42,101 bases of DNA from Nemertoderma westbladi (lineage: Eukaryota > Animalia > Xenacoelomorpha), in assembly GCA_032718475.1 (NCBI GenBank), contig JAUCBJ010002694.1, positions 1 through 42,101 of the forward strand, given 5' to 3'. The notes beneath the pieces are model-generated. The model was given only the letters and a program-made list of their open reading frames with translations, was not told the DNA's origin and searched no databases. Positions within the stretch are counted from its first letter, which is position 1, and every line of letters starts with the position of its first letter. The position numbers and the translations under genes are program-made. Below, in pieces: positions 1 through 11,782 of the stretch.

Positions 1-118
1 CGACCTATTGGAGATGTGATTTCAAAGCAACCACTACACCAAGGTGGAACAGTAACGTTCGAATTTGTTCGTTAACGTTCGAATTTGTAAGACTCTGATT
101 TAAGACCTGAGACACTCC

Positions 119-770
119 CCACAGCCACAGCCACAGCCACAGCCACAGCCACAGCCACAGCCATAGCCACAGCCACAGCCACAGCCACAGCCACAGCCAC
201 AGCCACAACCACAGCCACAGCCACAACCACAGCCACAGCCACAACCACAGCCACAGCCACAGCCACAGCCACAGCCACAGCCACAGCCACAACCACAGCC
301 ACAGCCACAACCACAGCCACAACCACAACCACAGCCACAGCCACAGCCACAACCACAGCCCACAGCCACAGCCACAACCACAGCCACAGCCACAACCACA
401 GCCACAGCCACAGCCACAACCACAGCCACAGCCACAACCACAACCCACAGCCACAGCCACAACCACAGCCACAGCCACAGCCACAACCACAGCCACAGCC
501 ACAGCCACAGCCACAGCCACAGCCACAGCCACAGCCACAGCCACAGCCACAACCACAACCACAGCCACAACCACAGCCACAGCCACAACCACAGCCACAA
601 CCACAGCCACAGCCACAGCCACAGCCACAACCACAGCCACAACCACAGCCACAGCCACAACCACAGCCACAACCACAGCCACAGCCACAACCACAGCCAC
701 AGCCACAGCCACAACCACAGCCACAGCCACAGCCACAACCACAGCCACAACCACAGCCACAGCCACAGCC
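119..770. repeat. Hexamer microsatellite (ACAGCC/ACAACC)n, ~108 units
   Basis: Directly visible tandem repeat with two single-base C insertions near 361 and 445. Confidence 0.98.
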
Positions 771-773
771 ATT

Positions 774-847
774 GTTCCACCTTGGTGTAGTGGTTGCTTT
801 GAATTCACATCTCCAATAGGTCGTGGGTTCAATCCTCACATGGACCA
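774..847 (+). ncRNA. tRNA-like (Val-CAC-derived) Pol III unit in element arm
   Basis: 74 nt: A box TGGTGTAGTGG, TTCACA at the anticodon position, B box GGTTCAATCC, ends in CCA, TTTT shortly after. Anticodon stem pairs poorly, so not a functional tRNA. Confidence 0.6.
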
Positions 848-2594
848 GGGCAGTTTTCATTCGATCAGCAATAGGCCTAACTATACAAAATGTAGTATTA
901 TTGCCTAAGTAACCAATTCATAGCTACCATATGGTTTTTACTTTGAGACATTTCACCCTCTAGCAGCAGACTCGGATCTTCAGACTACTCTGTGACTCCG
1001 CAAAAAGATATAGCCTATATTGTAATAGATATCGAATGGGGGGTCAAAATTAAGTAATAATATATCTAAAAAAGTCTCAAACATCTTACCTCATGGCTCG
1101 CCCCTCAGAAATCTTAAGCAATATAGCTTCATATTTTTTAAGGAAAACTGGTAAACGAGATTTGTTACTTACGCATACCTCGCAGACTTGAGTAATTAAT
1201 TATACAGTAGGTTAGATCGTTTTGAGAGTAGGACCATTGGAAACAGCGCCTTCGAAAACCTCAGTACAAATAAAATTAATAAGATTAACAGGATATAGCT
1301 TGTTATAATAAAACTTAAATTATAATACAGTAGAACAATTAGGGTTGTAAATAAAAACAAATTCAATAAATTGAAGATAAACTGTATATAACTTATGTAT
1401 TAAAAGAGGGCCTTATTTAATTATGTGCGATCAGGCGCGCAGGTTTAAATTAATATATGCGCTCGCATATGCGGTAATTAATGGTTGTAGTTGGCCTATG
1501 TGCGATTGAGATGATGCTGGCGCGTAAGATGCAAACCGAAGGTTTCCAATCTTACATGATAACGAAGCTAAAGGCTATCAAGGCAACATACCAAGGCAGT
1601 CCCCACCCACAGCTGGAGGTTTGAATAATTTAAACTCTGTGGCAGGCCCCATTCACGCGTTGACGTACAGTATAGGATTCGAGGGGATTAGTCATACCAC
1701 ATCTAATAAGAGCCCAACGACCGCAGATTATTGATGGATGACTCAGGGCCAAACTGGTCCACTTTATTTTCGAGTGAGGGTAATTTATGTTTTGGGCCCC
1801 GTTCTCATCTTTATATTTAATTCTACCTTTACCTACTGTATGGCAAAAATAATACAAATGTATTGTATATTATATTGTATGGTTCCTATTGTGTTGTATA
1901 TTTCGTTTGTTATAGTACAATTTATTCATCTCGCGTCCCTATCTGATTGATTTGTGTCAAATTAAATTGCCTTTGGCAACATTATTTGATACAAATCGAT
2001 TGATTAAACAATTAATTAATTGTTTAATCGACCAATTAATTAATTGTTTAATTAATTAATGACCTACTTAACACCCAAGGTGTGAAGTTGGTCCAACTGT
2101 CGCCAAAGAGGGGTAACCATTACTACTCTGGTATTATACATTATATTACCTTTCATTTCATAACATATAAACGATTGAATATAACTACTTTTTTTTGTAT
2201 TACTATGTATAAAAACAGTGAAAAAGGATCTAATCTACTATTTTATGCGTCTCAGTACGATTAGAGGCTCTCATTGCACCACAATAAAACAACAAACATA
2301 GACAACAGGCTTAGACATAATCGTCAATCACAAAGTTTTTCCAATTTTATTCACCACATACAAGTAGTTTACAGTAACATAGATCTCATGGTTTACTTTT
2401 TACTGACTACAAGTTGTTAATCATGTAACATATTGCAAGTGTATAGGAATACTAAAGAATTTTACTCCTCACATTATAGACACAAAGTCAACCCACTGCT
2501 TGTAATTTTACAAATACAATTATTTACAAAATGTATTTATTCCATTTGAAATTTAATTAAAATTTAATATTTGATATATCTGACTCATGTAAAG

Positions 2595-2833
2595 CAAGCA
2601 AGCAAACAGTCGGCCGAAGCCGGAGGCGACCCGAAAGCTCCTCTTTCGATAGCTGCTACCCGAGGGTAGGGGTGGGCGCTACTCCTATCCCAAGATTTGC
2701 TCCCAGTTATTTAACTGGTACTCATTTCATCGACCCCAGTGGATGAAAGGCTGAGTGGACCCTGGCGGGGCTGAACCTACAACCAATAGATTGCAGGCCC
2801 GGCGCTCAACCAACTGAGCTACCCCGTCTTTTA
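2595..2833 (-). mobile_element. tRNA-derived SINE, full length, with 12-bp TSD
   Basis: Minus strand: A box TAGCTCAGTTGG, degenerate B box GGTTCAGCCCC, central CTCAGCCTTTCATCC...GGTCGATGAAATGAGTACCAG motif typical of conserved metazoan SINE cores, (TTGC)n tail. ACTCATGTAAAG is duplicated at 2583-2594 and 2834-2845. Confidence 0.9.
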
Positions 2834-3000
2834 ACTCATGTAAAGAACTTTAAAAATCATTCAAATAAACTGAAAATTTATCTTCATCAAAAGTTATGTA
2901 ATATATTTTGTTGAATTATCTCAATCATTACAGCTATACAGGTATTCTACAATATTATTCCATTTACGATTCAGTTATTATTTTATTATTATCGAGAATT

Positions 3001-4092
3001 ATGTATACCTTTACGATTATGGGTTTACTTACAAATATATATTTTTGCATTGGAAGACAACAGGCAATCTATGATGTTGCAGATGCTGTTGGCAACTTAG
3101 AATCAAAAATACACATGCAGATTATGACGCGCTATCAGGAAGTTATAGGAGGGCTAGATAAATCATTTGTGTACGAAATCCTTCATCCTTGTGATAAATT
3201 ACAAAATCTTACTCGGCAACGAGAACCGCTAAGTGTAGATGAGTATAACTTACGTTACGAAATCGTTGACAATAGGTTTTATGGCCTAAACGGTAAAATC
3301 CGTTGCAATATAGACAGGTTTAGAGTGAATAGCGAACATTATTCATACATGAATATAAAACCAACATCAAAAAACAGAAAGGAAAGACAACAAGAGTATT
3401 ACAAACTGCAAAAAGTCAGTGGGGAATTACATGACTATGGTCCATGGTTGGTGATCATGCGTTCACATACAGTCGGTAATGGTCATACGGAATTTGGACA
3501 TAATGTGTTTAATTCCAATTGGGAAGATTATGTTTATGGGTTTGGTGGAACATCAGGTAACTTCTGGCTAGGCCTTGAAAAAATTTGGCAGCTCAGTAGA
3601 GGCGGAGTTCAACTAAAGATTGACATGTGGTATAATGGGTCAGGGAGTGAGGCGCCTTATCTCAACCAACATATAGATAGGAATCGTAAAGGGATTTACC
3701 ATAACCAGTCAACCAATGCATTCGCTATATATGATGAATTCAGTGTGGGATCAGCTGCAACTAACTACACTCTTCATATACGAGGTTTTCACGGTACCGC
3801 AGGAGATGATCTTGTAGGATATGATTTAATGCAAGGGATGGATTATGCTGGGAACCAATTTTCTACAAAAGATAGACACAATTCTGGTGGGGTTCTAGAC
3901 TGTGCAAAACTTCTAAATGGTGCGGGGTGGTGGTACCCAACCTTCTCTAAGAAAGTATCGACTTGGTTTGGTTGCAGGCACCTCACCGGTCCGATTTCGA
4001 GTTTGCATGATTTCAGAAATGGTGCTCCATATTGGCTCCCCTACTCGTATGGCCAGAGTTTGTACGGAGTAGAGATGAAAATCAGAGTATAG
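3001..4092 (+). CDS. Secreted fibrinogen C-terminal domain protein (FReD; ficolin/tachylectin-5/angiopoietin-like), 363 aa, intronless
   Basis: FReD motifs GPWLVIMR, FNSNWEDYVYGFG, GNFWLGLEKI, YTLHIRGFHGTAGD, FSTKDRHN, GAGWWY, EMKIR. First ATG at 3001 gives a signal-peptide-like N-terminus (the track start at 2908 is TTG). AATAAA at 4206-4211. Confidence 0.92.
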   Translation: MYTFTIMGLLTNIYFCIGRQQAIYDVADAVGNLESKIHMQIMTRYQEVIGGLDKSFVYEILHPCDKLQNLTRQREPLSVDEYNLRYEIVDNRFYGLNGKIRCNIDRFRVNSEHYSYMNIKPTSKNRKERQQEYYKLQKVSGELHDYGPWLVIMRSHTVGNGHTEFGHNVFNSNWEDYVYGFGGTSGNFWLGLEKIWQLSRGGVQLKIDMWYNGSGSEAPYLNQHIDRNRKGIYHNQSTNAFAIYDEFSVGSAATNYTLHIRGFHGTAGDDLVGYDLMQGMDYAGNQFSTKDRHNSGGVLDCAKLLNGAGWWYPTFSKKVSTWFGCRHLTGPISSLHDFRNGAPYWLPYSYGQSLYGVEMKIRV

Positions 4093-5584
4093 TAATGAAT
4101 AACTGTAAGTAATATGATTTACACACATTTATATTATTAATATATTAGATACTACAGGTGATAAAATATTATATAATATCATAATATATTACTTTATTTT
4201 TTTGCAATAAAATTAATAACATGTATTACAAAATGTCGGTTAGCCATTAAACTATAATTTGCGAACAACATCCTTCCTTCAAGTCACAGAGTCACTATTT
4301 GTCAGTATTACTTACTGTACAATGCAAGTACAGTAGAAAAACAAATATACAGTACAAGTAGGCCACTATAATACTGGACTGGTTGAGGAAAGGGAATTGG
4401 TGTATAAGATTTCTTACGCAGATCCGGCAGTTAGTTCTGCAGTCCGTAGCTAAATTTGGTTGAAAAATTGAGTTGGAGATTTTAGGATTTTTGTATAGAA
4501 AAGACGTCTTTCTGCTGGAGTAGTTTAGACTAGAGAGATGTTAGATGGAATGAGTGAGAGAATGAGTAGCTAGAGTTTAAGATAAAGAGTATTCTCGGAG
4601 TACTAGAGGGCCCCTTTCTATTTGCGGCAGGCTGCTTCTAATGTTGGTTTTTGAGTTAACTACAAGAAGAAAGACATTTCTTAAAACAGTCCTCATGTCT
4701 GATATCCGATCGTATGAGCGTAAGCTCCAGGTATTTTTAGATAGATAATGGGTGGCTCCGAAAGTCTTGCATAAGGCGACGGCATGAGGCAGCATTGAAT
4801 AGTCTGCCCATGATTTGGAAGTCACATAGAATAATAAATCAGAATCTTAAGGGTGATCTAGTGCTCGATGATCCAAAAAATAGAAATTGTTTTTTATTGT
4901 CGTTTCTAGATCGCATTTTCATGCAGTTTTTTAAAAACTTTTCAGATTTTTCATATCTTTTTTGGTTCTCGAGATATTCGCAAATGTATGAGGTGTGGTT
5001 TGGTGCCAATTTCCCATTTTTAGCCAAAAGTTTGGGTTTGTTTCTTTTGTACCACTACAATATGTCTACTCACCCCCACACAATCAAAAACTATCTTCTT
5101 ATGTTATTACAGTATTAGCAGTAGTTGGTGGGAAATTTGAACTGCTATTTGGTAGATAGTCCATTTCTGTGTACTTGTCTGTGCATTTACTTGCCTACAG
5201 GCAGCCAGCAGCGGTAGGCTGTTGAACACAGTCTGACAACAGTAATAGGCAGATAGGAATAGTAGGCCTAATAGTTTTTAATGTTAGTAATAGTAACCAG
5301 CCAGCAGGTTTGGTCAGTCGGCGTTTATGTCCAGGGCAGCAGGGGGTGTCCGGCTGTGCAGGACTTAGCTTCAGATTGCCTATCTACAGTAGAAGTAACT
5401 ACAGTCAGTACCGGTACCAAGGCTACTATACTGTAGGCTAGGTCTAAATTTACTAAAAAATAATAATGCTTACAGTTGTAATAGTTGTAGTAATATAATA
5501 ATAATGTAATGTAAATATAATATAGTGGTTTCTTATAATATAATATACAATTTTTTTAAATTTTCCAATAAATGCATAAATGGG

Positions 5585-6927
5585 AAACACATTGCCACCA
5601 TCGCAAAGAAAGCCAATGGAATAACTGGCCTTATTGCTCGAACCTTTAAACATCTGGACAGTGTCACGCTAGTCAACTTATTCAAAGCCCTCGTGAGACC
5701 AATTCTAGAATATGCATCCCCAGTATGGTCGCCACACCGTGTAAATGAAATACGACTTTTGGAATCTGTCCAACGTCGGGTGACCAGACTATTTCCTAAT
5801 CTCCGTAACTTAGCCTATCCGGAAAGATTAAAGCGACTAGGTCTCCCGACCCTTGAGTATCGCCGTTATCGCGCCGACCTGATCCAGGTGTACCGTTACC
5901 TTGCGGGTATCGACAACGCTGACTGCAGCATGTTCGAACTTTCCACGACTGGTCTACGCGGCCACTCATTCAAGCTCCAGAAACCCCGTGCTCGGCTGAT
6001 GCAGAGAAACACGACATTCCACTTCCGAGTCATCGATCCCTGGAACTCGCTATGCAATGCCGTTGTAACCGCCCCCAACCTTAACTCTTTTAAAACCCGT
6101 TTGAACTCCCACTTTAAAGATTTCCCGCTTAAATTTACCCCATCATGGTGGTCCATGTAAAAGTAAAATATCTTCCATAGTAACTCTTAACTTTTTACTC
6201 TTTTTGCTTACTAACTTTTAATATATTTCTCACCTTAATTAAAACTTTTATCACCACTTTTTGACTTTTAAACTTTTTCTAACCTTAATTAAAACTTTAG
6301 ATTACCACTTTTTAACTTTTTAACTAACTTTTTCTTACCTCTATTAAAACTTTTTTATCACCATTTAATTATACACACACATTAGACCCCGTTAATATTT
6401 AATATCTCAATAACTAATTGACAAACTGCATTTATCTACTTTGATCCTATATAATCGACGTTTTTAACTATGTACATTTAATAGTTTTTACTCGCGGCTT
6501 TACTGTTCTTACTTAATTTAATTTTTAACTTTCTTTTAATTTTAACCAAATAATTAAATATAAGTTTTAAAAATGCAACATATAACTAAATCAAGTTTTT
6601 AAATATATAAATTTGTTCGTCCTTTTTGTGTAAACCATAATTTTATTTCACGTTCGACTTTGTGTAATTTAAGATATTTTTAAGCCCTACGCTCCACAGC
6701 CATAATTTACATTACTTTTCACATATTTTTTTTTAAGTATGATTTTATGCTACATACTTTCGTTTACATACCCTCTTATCAACATTAATTAGTGCTAGGT
6801 AGTAGTAGGTAAGGTACTTAATTTGTTTCAGTTTAAATATTTTGACAGTAGTTTTATATTATGTCTGCACAGGTGCAATAAGCTTCTGCTTCCTCCGCCT
6901 CATTATTAAACATTAAACATTAAACAT
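5585..6927 (+). mobile_element. 5'-truncated CR1-clade LINE: ORF2 C-terminus (stop at 6160) plus 3' UTR
   Basis: LVRPILEYASPVWSPH, LESVQRRVTR, ERLKRLGLPTLEYRR, LRGHSFKL, RVIDPWNSL are typical CR1 post-RT motifs. T-rich UTR ends in (ATTAAAC)x3 at ~6905-6927. Confidence 0.9.
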
Positions 6928-7557
6928 AATTTTGGAAAAAAAAAATTTTTTTAATTTTTTATTTACAATTTTTTTTCCCAAAATTTATTGGAAAATTTTC
7001 AGTGCATCACTTTAACTTTTTCCTTAGAAATACTCGCCATCCGTCGTGAATCCAGATAGCACAATTAAACAATAATAAGACATTGTGTGTATGTTACATG
7101 TGTTTTGATACTGCCATAATTACTATTCATTTTCTCAATATTATTCTTTATTTAAGACAAAAATGTTTAGAGTCGTTTTTCTCAGTTTCATGTTTTATTG
7201 ACTTCAAAATGCTAAGGCTCCGCTATTTATGGGCCAATTTAGTTGAAATTTTCAGGATATGTTCGGTTCGCAAACATACACTAGTCAATTGGTAGAAACT
7301 TTTTTTGTAATGATTTATGTGCACTTGAGTAATTCAACATTTATTGTTGTAAAATCAATGTTTTTTCATGTTTTTAAATTAAAAATTAATTAATTATCCA
7401 CAAATCGATATATACCGTATTGCACCTGGCATTGTCTTACATACAATACAATGCACACATCTGCAACTAGACACTTTCCGTCATTGGAGGGATCTCATTG
7501 GTCCCCAATGCTTGTCATATAAACAAAACCGCCTCCGTTTCACAGGAAATCGTTTCG

Positions 7558-7696
7558 CAGCCGGTGCACCATAATCTTGTGCTTGGGCGCCCTCTTGGAG
7601 ATAATAAGCATGGTGGGGTGGGCAGCCCGTGCACCATAATCTTGTGCTTGGGCGCCCGCTTGGAGATAATAAGCATGGTGGGGTGGGCAGCCCGTG
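7558..7696. repeat. 65-bp tandem duplication (2.1 copies)
   Basis: CAGCC(G/C)GTGCACCATAATCTTGTGC...GGGGTGGG starts at 7558 and 7623, with a partial third copy at 7688. Confidence 0.93.
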
Positions 7697-9267
7697 ACTT
7701 TCTTGAGATGTCTCCTAAAGGACACTGGCCTTGAAGATGCGGATAATCTCGCAAAATTTAAAATGGTCATAGGGAAGTTGTGGGTAGTGCAGTTTTGTAG
7801 ATAGGCCGGCACAACATTCATAATTCATCATTGCATTCTCATTGCATTTCGATTGGATTTTAAGGGTATTTTAAGTACCCCCCCCCCCCCCCCCCCCTCC
7901 CCTTAAGTGTATAGTAACAAATATCATTATCCTAAAGTAAAATATCATCCTAAATTCCAATGGAATAGTGCCATTTAATATTTGTTGTTTTTTTTGCAGG
8001 GTGTATTTTACCCATGCTCTGTCGGGGTCGACAAACACAATATAAAGAGTAACTGGATATAATCTCTAAGAAATTCTACATTGATCATTTTTATTGATTG
8101 TTGAATGGATGGTGAATTAATTGTTAAATTTTCGTGGTGAATTATTATTATACATGATGTTATTTATATACATGTTGTTGTTGTATGTTATAATATTTAC
8201 AGTATTTTCGTCTCTCCATGCCCAGTCACATCTCACATCACAACTTCCGACACCGCATGGGGTTTTGAAGTGATGTATTTGTATTCCCAAACTCATAGTA
8301 TCTGAGTTCTCAACCAACGCTCTAACATTTCCTTTAACACTCACTTTATATCTCTCTCTATATATACTGTATATACTGTATATCTATCTCTCATTATCAA
8401 GTACTGTAAGTGGCCCCAGGTTAAAGCGCGCTGCCACATGTTCATTCATATAACCACCCCCCTCTCGATATATTATACTGACATTATATTACATAATTAT
8501 TAATAATAATAACCCTTCACAACGCCATCAACCTCAAACAGAATTATTGAATCTCCCAATTAATTTGTTAGCCGTAGTATGCCCGTCGTGTGTTACATCA
8601 AGAATGCAAACCTCATTTTTATCGGCCTGACCCCCTCCATTCAGCATCTTGACCTCCTGTTATCACCTCGTGATGTAATAATTTATCATTATATACTTCA
8701 TTCGGAGCAATTTCGTCAGTCTTCCAATTTTTTCCACCGGTTGTCACAAATTGTTTTTACCGCTCGCTCGCTCTGCTCGCTCGCTCCCCCGTCCACTCGC
8801 TCAGTCGCTTGTTCGCCTTTTCATTCGTCCCCAATCGGTTTACTTTGCTAACACTTTATTTCTGCTGATATTTGTAACCACATATACTCGAAGTAAATGT
8901 TTCATTCATTTCCCCTCCCCTTATTTTATGATTATTTTTACTACGTTATCGAAATATATTATGTTATTTATTAGTGCTTTTATTGTCCACATTTCATTAT
9001 CATAACATTATCATAACTGCCCGTGATTTGTAAATACAAAAAGATAGAATGCGAGCTCGTTATTAAAGAAACTCAATTTTGCAACCGAAACCTCCCTTGA
9101 GTGTCCCAATGATAGACATGCGTATCGCAGTAGGCCTACCTGCAGTAGGAAGGAATATCGTATCGGCACATAGGTCTACTTATACTAGTTATAGAGTTAC
9201 AGTTACCTTCAGATGGTAGTCAGATGTGAAATAGCTGGTGTTTCAGGTTCTACATCTGCATGCAGTC

Positions 9268-9757
9268 ATGGAATGTGAGTTTTGCGCGAATTCTTCGTTT
9301 GATAATATCGCCGGGCTGTACTATTGTACGGAATGTAACTCACAGAGTCAGCATGTCAGAGAGGAGGCTGTAGAAGATACATTCAACCAGACGAGAGGCC
9401 ACCACATCGCAGAGGCCGGGGCCGGCCGTGCAAAGACAGCCCAGAAAGCCCGGACAAAGGAAGAAAGACTTAAAGTGAGGATGGGAGAACCTTGGTTAAC
9501 GATGGATGGCTTCCAGGCGATTCTTAAGTATACAACCGAGTTACTTATAAATACATTCGACTTCGATGCGAATGTTAAGGATCACGTTGGGTTTATGTGG
9601 TTTCGGTATTTGAAGGCGTGCAATTACGCCTTTACTAAGAATCCCGTTAAACCTCCGACATTACGGGATGAACTGAACGGAGTCAGCTCAGAGATGGAGC
9701 TGTACGATAAACTATGCAACCATAGCAAAGAAGGAACCGCTGTTAAACGGAAAGCAG
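9268..9757 (+). CDS. TAF1B: TAF1B/Rrn7 (RNA Pol I SL1 subunit B), exon 1
   Basis: N-terminal TFIIB-type zinc ribbon CEFC...GLYYCTEC, then the WLTMDGFQAILK...MWFRYLK block characteristic of TAF1B. Donor GCAG|GTATTT, phase 1. Confidence 0.85.
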
Positions 9758-10157
9758 GTATTTAGTAGTAGTAGTAGTAGTAGTAAGCCTAACAAACTCG
9801 GGCAGTCGGGCGTAGGCATATTTGTTATAAGTGAATTCACGTCAATATAGCTAGCAAAGATCATGTCACCCTTTTTTATGTTAGGCCTATAGGAATTGGT
9901 TTGGAGTACGAAACCACTAATAATTGTCATTTGCCATTATTTGTCTGGCCATAAGTGCATTTCTGCCCTACGATAAAAACTTTGCTAAAAACATTTTGTT
10001 AAGGACAATAGGGGTGATATGATTTATTATTAGTTTATTAAATTTTTGTCAATATTACCACAAGCATAGCGAACTTAAAGTACCTGAAATACAGTCCGTG
10101 TTGTTAAGGTAGCCTTTAGTATTGCATTTAATATACCCTGTACTACTTATGTTGTAG

Positions 10158-11782
10158 AGGATGATGTTCATGATGAAATGGTCACGGAAAACATCGACAA
10201 TCTTGACGACCTCAACATCGACGATTATAGCGATGGTGACAACGATGATACTTCGAGTTCGAGTGGCATGGAATTATCTCCTAGAATTCACGGACGAGTC
10301 GGTTGCGGCTACCGTTCCTATCGACGCAACGTTAGTGTAATCAGCCTCGACGTTATCCTAGTCATTCTCTACCTCGCTCTCAGAAACACCAGCAGCAACA
10401 TCGAGCTAGGGGACCTCGCGAGGTGGGCCTGTCTGGGACACCTCCCTTACTGGGACGCGGGAAGCCGTCTTCCACCCCAGATGAAACTCTCAATAAAGGG
10501 TGACACTTGGACCTTCTTCCCTAGGAAGCCGCCTAGTCTGATCTTGCTCTATTGGTTATCGGCGCGTCTCCAGATCCTAATGTCGCGATCCAAGAAGCTC
10601 ACCCTCCCGGACCCCCCGCTGCTCGCGCTTGTCGGTCGGTATTTGTCCGACTCGAATCTCCCCCGCGAGATTGCGACTGTCGTCGCTTCGATCCTGGACG
10701 GGTTGATGCGATGGCCGTGTAAGCGAACCGCGTGGAGGTTGATAGCTCCGCGGAAGTTCCAAGGGAAACCCGTGTTTATTGTGATCCGGGAAGCGTACGC
10801 GGCTGCGTTGATCGTGGTCGCTTGCAAACTCCTCTTTGTCGAGGCGAATGGAGATAGTGAGGAAGATGTTGTTGATAATGAGGGTGATATAGTGGGTGAT
10901 AGCGATCCTGCAGTGCCTGTTTCAAGCGGCACTGTGAATTATTGTGGCGAATTTGGCGACGGTAGTAGCGAAATGTCCGACAGTCCATCAACAGAGTGCT
11001 GCCCACCTAGTGATTCCCCCGACGAGACTACATTCCGGCTCTCCGATTGGTTCTCCTACATGCGTTTGTGGGTTGAGCGAACGCCTCGCGTCGCCGCGGA
11101 CTTTACGCTGCGCGGGAACCACGCGGACAACCCCAGCGAACTGTGCGCGGAATACAGACGGGCGTTGCTACCTCGCTACACATCGGAGCGACTAATCTCC
11201 GGACCCAGACAGGTTCTGCGCTACAATAAACCAGACCGAGTAGCCGCCAGACAGCACATAGCCGCAATGTTTAGTGATAAGACAAGTGATAAATATGTTA
11301 ACAGAACCTCCGAAGAACCAAGTTTATACTGCCTGTGGATGAAATATAACCCAACTCCTATATCTAACGAACCGGGGTCAACCAATAAATGTTTTATTTT
11401 CTCCAGCGTTTCCCCGTATATCGAGTCCCGAGTGAAGTCTCTCGGTCGATCAGAAAGCTCCACCACATCGTTGTATTCGGTAATGTCGTTCGTTAACCTT
11501 CCCGCAGGTAACAAGGTACCGATGCTGTCCATTGCTGAACCCAGTCGTATCCCGGGATATTTACAAATTCCGGAATCGGTTCGGTTACTCCTGGACTTAC
11601 TAAGCGAGATTAGCGGTCTCTCTGTTACAACTATTCTCTATTACGTACAGGACATCGAAGGGCAGATGTTCCGGAAGGAAGGAAAGGCTATTAGTGATGA
11701 TAGTGACAGTTCCGTTGATTACGACTCCACCGGAAGCCCTGAACCGGAATCCCTTACCTTGAACCGGAATCCCATACCTTGA
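10158..11782 (+). CDS. TAF1B: TAF1B/Rrn7, exon 2 (joined protein ~704 aa)
   Basis: Acceptor TTATGTTGTAG|AG joins in frame (G|AG GAT GAT) across a 400-bp GT-AG intron. LVILYLAL...LGDLARWACLGHLPY and EAYAAALIVVACKLLF match TAF1B cyclin-fold motifs. Confidence 0.85.

Larger units (their letters stand above)
1..2127. mobile_element. Internally deleted relative of the 21580-28150 Polinton/Maverick-like element (left end outside the window)
   Basis: 1-115 matches 23345-23455 in the same orientation. 772-1424 is the inverted match of 22750-23395 and partly a direct match of 26780-27140. It ends in AACTGTCGCC + 23 nt finishing TACTACT at 2127, the same motif and spacing as the 28150 terminus. Confidence 0.7.

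Noticed and set aside
774-847. Functional tRNA-Val or tRNA-Sec gene
   Set aside because: Anticodon and acceptor stems pair poorly, there is no long Sec variable arm, and the 23320-23393 and 26782-26855 copies vary in the stems.
5-860. Long minus-strand ORFs (poly-VA, poly-GC, poly-LW)
   Set aside because: Translations of the (ACAGCC)n microsatellite; open in all three frames.
4300-5120. Short ORFs and a TTAA-GGGTGATCTAG possible transposon end at ~4847
   Set aside because: No recognisable domain and no partner terminus found; probably decayed repeats that I cannot classify.
8761-8792. (GCTC)n resembling the AAV Rep-binding element, and CTCACTGAGGC in the 22-bp satellite resembling the AAV ITR
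   Set aside because: Short low-complexity matches, far apart, with no parvoviral ORF.
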